Origin: Amphiscolops sp. MND2022
Taxonomy: Eukaryota
Assembly: GCA_964187785.1 (NCBI GenBank)
Contig: OZ076412.1
Location: 620,001 to 684,000, forward strand
Direction: 5' to 3'
DNA length: 64,000 bases
Positions 62,601 to 64,000 of the stretch are shown piece after piece. The notes under the pieces are model-generated. The model searched no databases. It was not told where the DNA came from and was given only the letters and a program-made list of their open reading frames with translations. The translations under genes and the position numbers were made by a program. The stretch's first letter is position 1; every line of letters begins with the position of its first letter.

Positions 62601-63342
62601 TGTTATTATTAACAATACATGTAAATATAGCGGTTGTTAAATGAATACTCCACGCCGTGTTCCATAGACCTTGGTAAATAATGATTGCGAATTAATTCTT
62701 ACTGAAAAATGAGGTATTTTTACGCCGTTTGGTTCTAAATACGTAATTGCAATTAGTGCGATAATTTTTCAATTTTATATTAATATATTGTTTCGAAGAC
62801 TGAATTCAAGTTCAATGTGAAATAATTTTTCAAATAACAAAGCTTTCGATTGAAATTCTGAAACAAATTCTGTTCCAAATGCACTGGAGTAAGACTATTC
62901 CGATGATCATCAGCTAATTGATGGATGCGAACAACAATTTTCATTTCTTCAAAGTTTGAAGTTCAAGTTATTGTTAAATAAATGTTAGAAAGAAGTAAAT
63001 ATTTGGTATTGCGAATGGACGTCAATAAGTTATCAATTCAATCTTTCTTGCACTTTCTTTTTCACTCAATTATTTTATACCAAGGTCTGGTGTTCCATTG
63101 CGTTTCTTGCAGCTCTTATTCTTAGTGAAACAAAACCAATCTAATCTAAACCACACTGCGTTTCTTTTAGATGGTGGATTCCTAATAACATAAGAGTAAA
63201 TAAGTTCCAAATGACAAAAATGGAAAAGTATGAAAATTACAAAGAAACCGTTTTTGAGTTGAATTGTTTAATCGGGTATTCAGTTTCGTTTTTGTTATAT
63301 GAAATTGAATTCCTTTTTATGTTAATTGCGACTAAATCAAGA

Positions 63343-63425
63343 CAGTAGAACCTCGATTATCCGGAGTCACTGGTATGTAAAATTTCCGAAGGTATCCGGA
63401 TAATCGAGAATTCCGGATGATCGGA
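63343..63425 (+). mobile_element. Left end of a Tc1/pogo(Tigger)-like MITE
   Basis: CAGTAGAACCTCGATTATCCGG terminus with a perfect 14-bp inverted repeat (63352-63365 / 63395-63408); no right end in the window. Confidence 0.6.
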
Positions 63426-64000
63426 TACACTCAAAACCAATTATTGGAAATGATATCCTCTACTGCATGATGCATGCTGTTGTGACGTACTGCTGGCATT
63501 AGATTTATTGTTAGTTGAAATCCCTATTTTTAGTGAGATTCATCAAAAATGTTTGAGATCCTTTAGGGCCTCTTTAAAACTAAATTATACGGGGCAAAAG
63601 TAACTTTCCGTTGAGATTTGTAATCTCAGCTGTTAGTTGTGCCCGAAAAAACTTGTTCTCATCATGGATGGTCGTTTTAAATCGACAATTTAAATCAATG
63701 ATTTGAATCTTGATTCAAATCCATTTTTTCGGACGTTATTTGATTTATATCAAAGTGATTTTATATCACCTTGTTCAAACCAGCGCTAATTACCAAGTCG
63801 ACCGGAATTGTTTGATTCACAGCAAGCAGCGAAACCTCGTGAGAGCTTATCTTTTGTTTAAAATCTCTAAACAGCCTTAAAATCACCATTTGATTAAATT
63901 TGATTTTAAAATGGATAACATTTTTAAAGTTTTTGGAAAACAAATATCGGCCAAATCTTCCGTTTTGTTTCACCACCGCAATGGAGGCAGGGGGGGCAAG

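Noticed and set aside
62431-62640. ORF with a poly-isoleucine tract
   Set aside because: It is an artefact of the (ATT)n microsatellite.

Overview
AT-rich eukaryotic DNA, most likely from an invertebrate animal (the taxon cannot be fixed from sequence alone). The window is almost entirely decayed mobile elements, segmental or tandem duplications and minisatellites; I could not identify an intact host gene. The main feature is a ~10 kb pseudogenised, intron-containing minus-strand gene at ~15.1-24.8 kb. From N to C it reads: Zn-finger-like start, an unassigned domain, a SET (lysine methyltransferase) domain, twelve 19-aa Ala/Lys/Pro/Glu repeats, a Cys/His-rich region, a tyrosine recombinase, and a Myb/SANT-like tail. 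It looks like a Crypton-like YR mobile element carrying a chromatin writer. Also present: an internally deleted BEL/Pao retrotransposon (40.6-45.6 kb), a solo LTR with a 5-bp TSD (9.0-9.5 kb), FLYWCH and weak hAT-like remnants, two further Zn-finger ORF remnants, a 1.17-kb triplication, a 1.64-kb tandem duplication with a templated junction insert, two copies of a ~3.2-kb non-coding element, tRNA-derived repeats and several minisatellites. All assignments come from motif recognition by eye; coordinates are approximate unless junctions are quoted.
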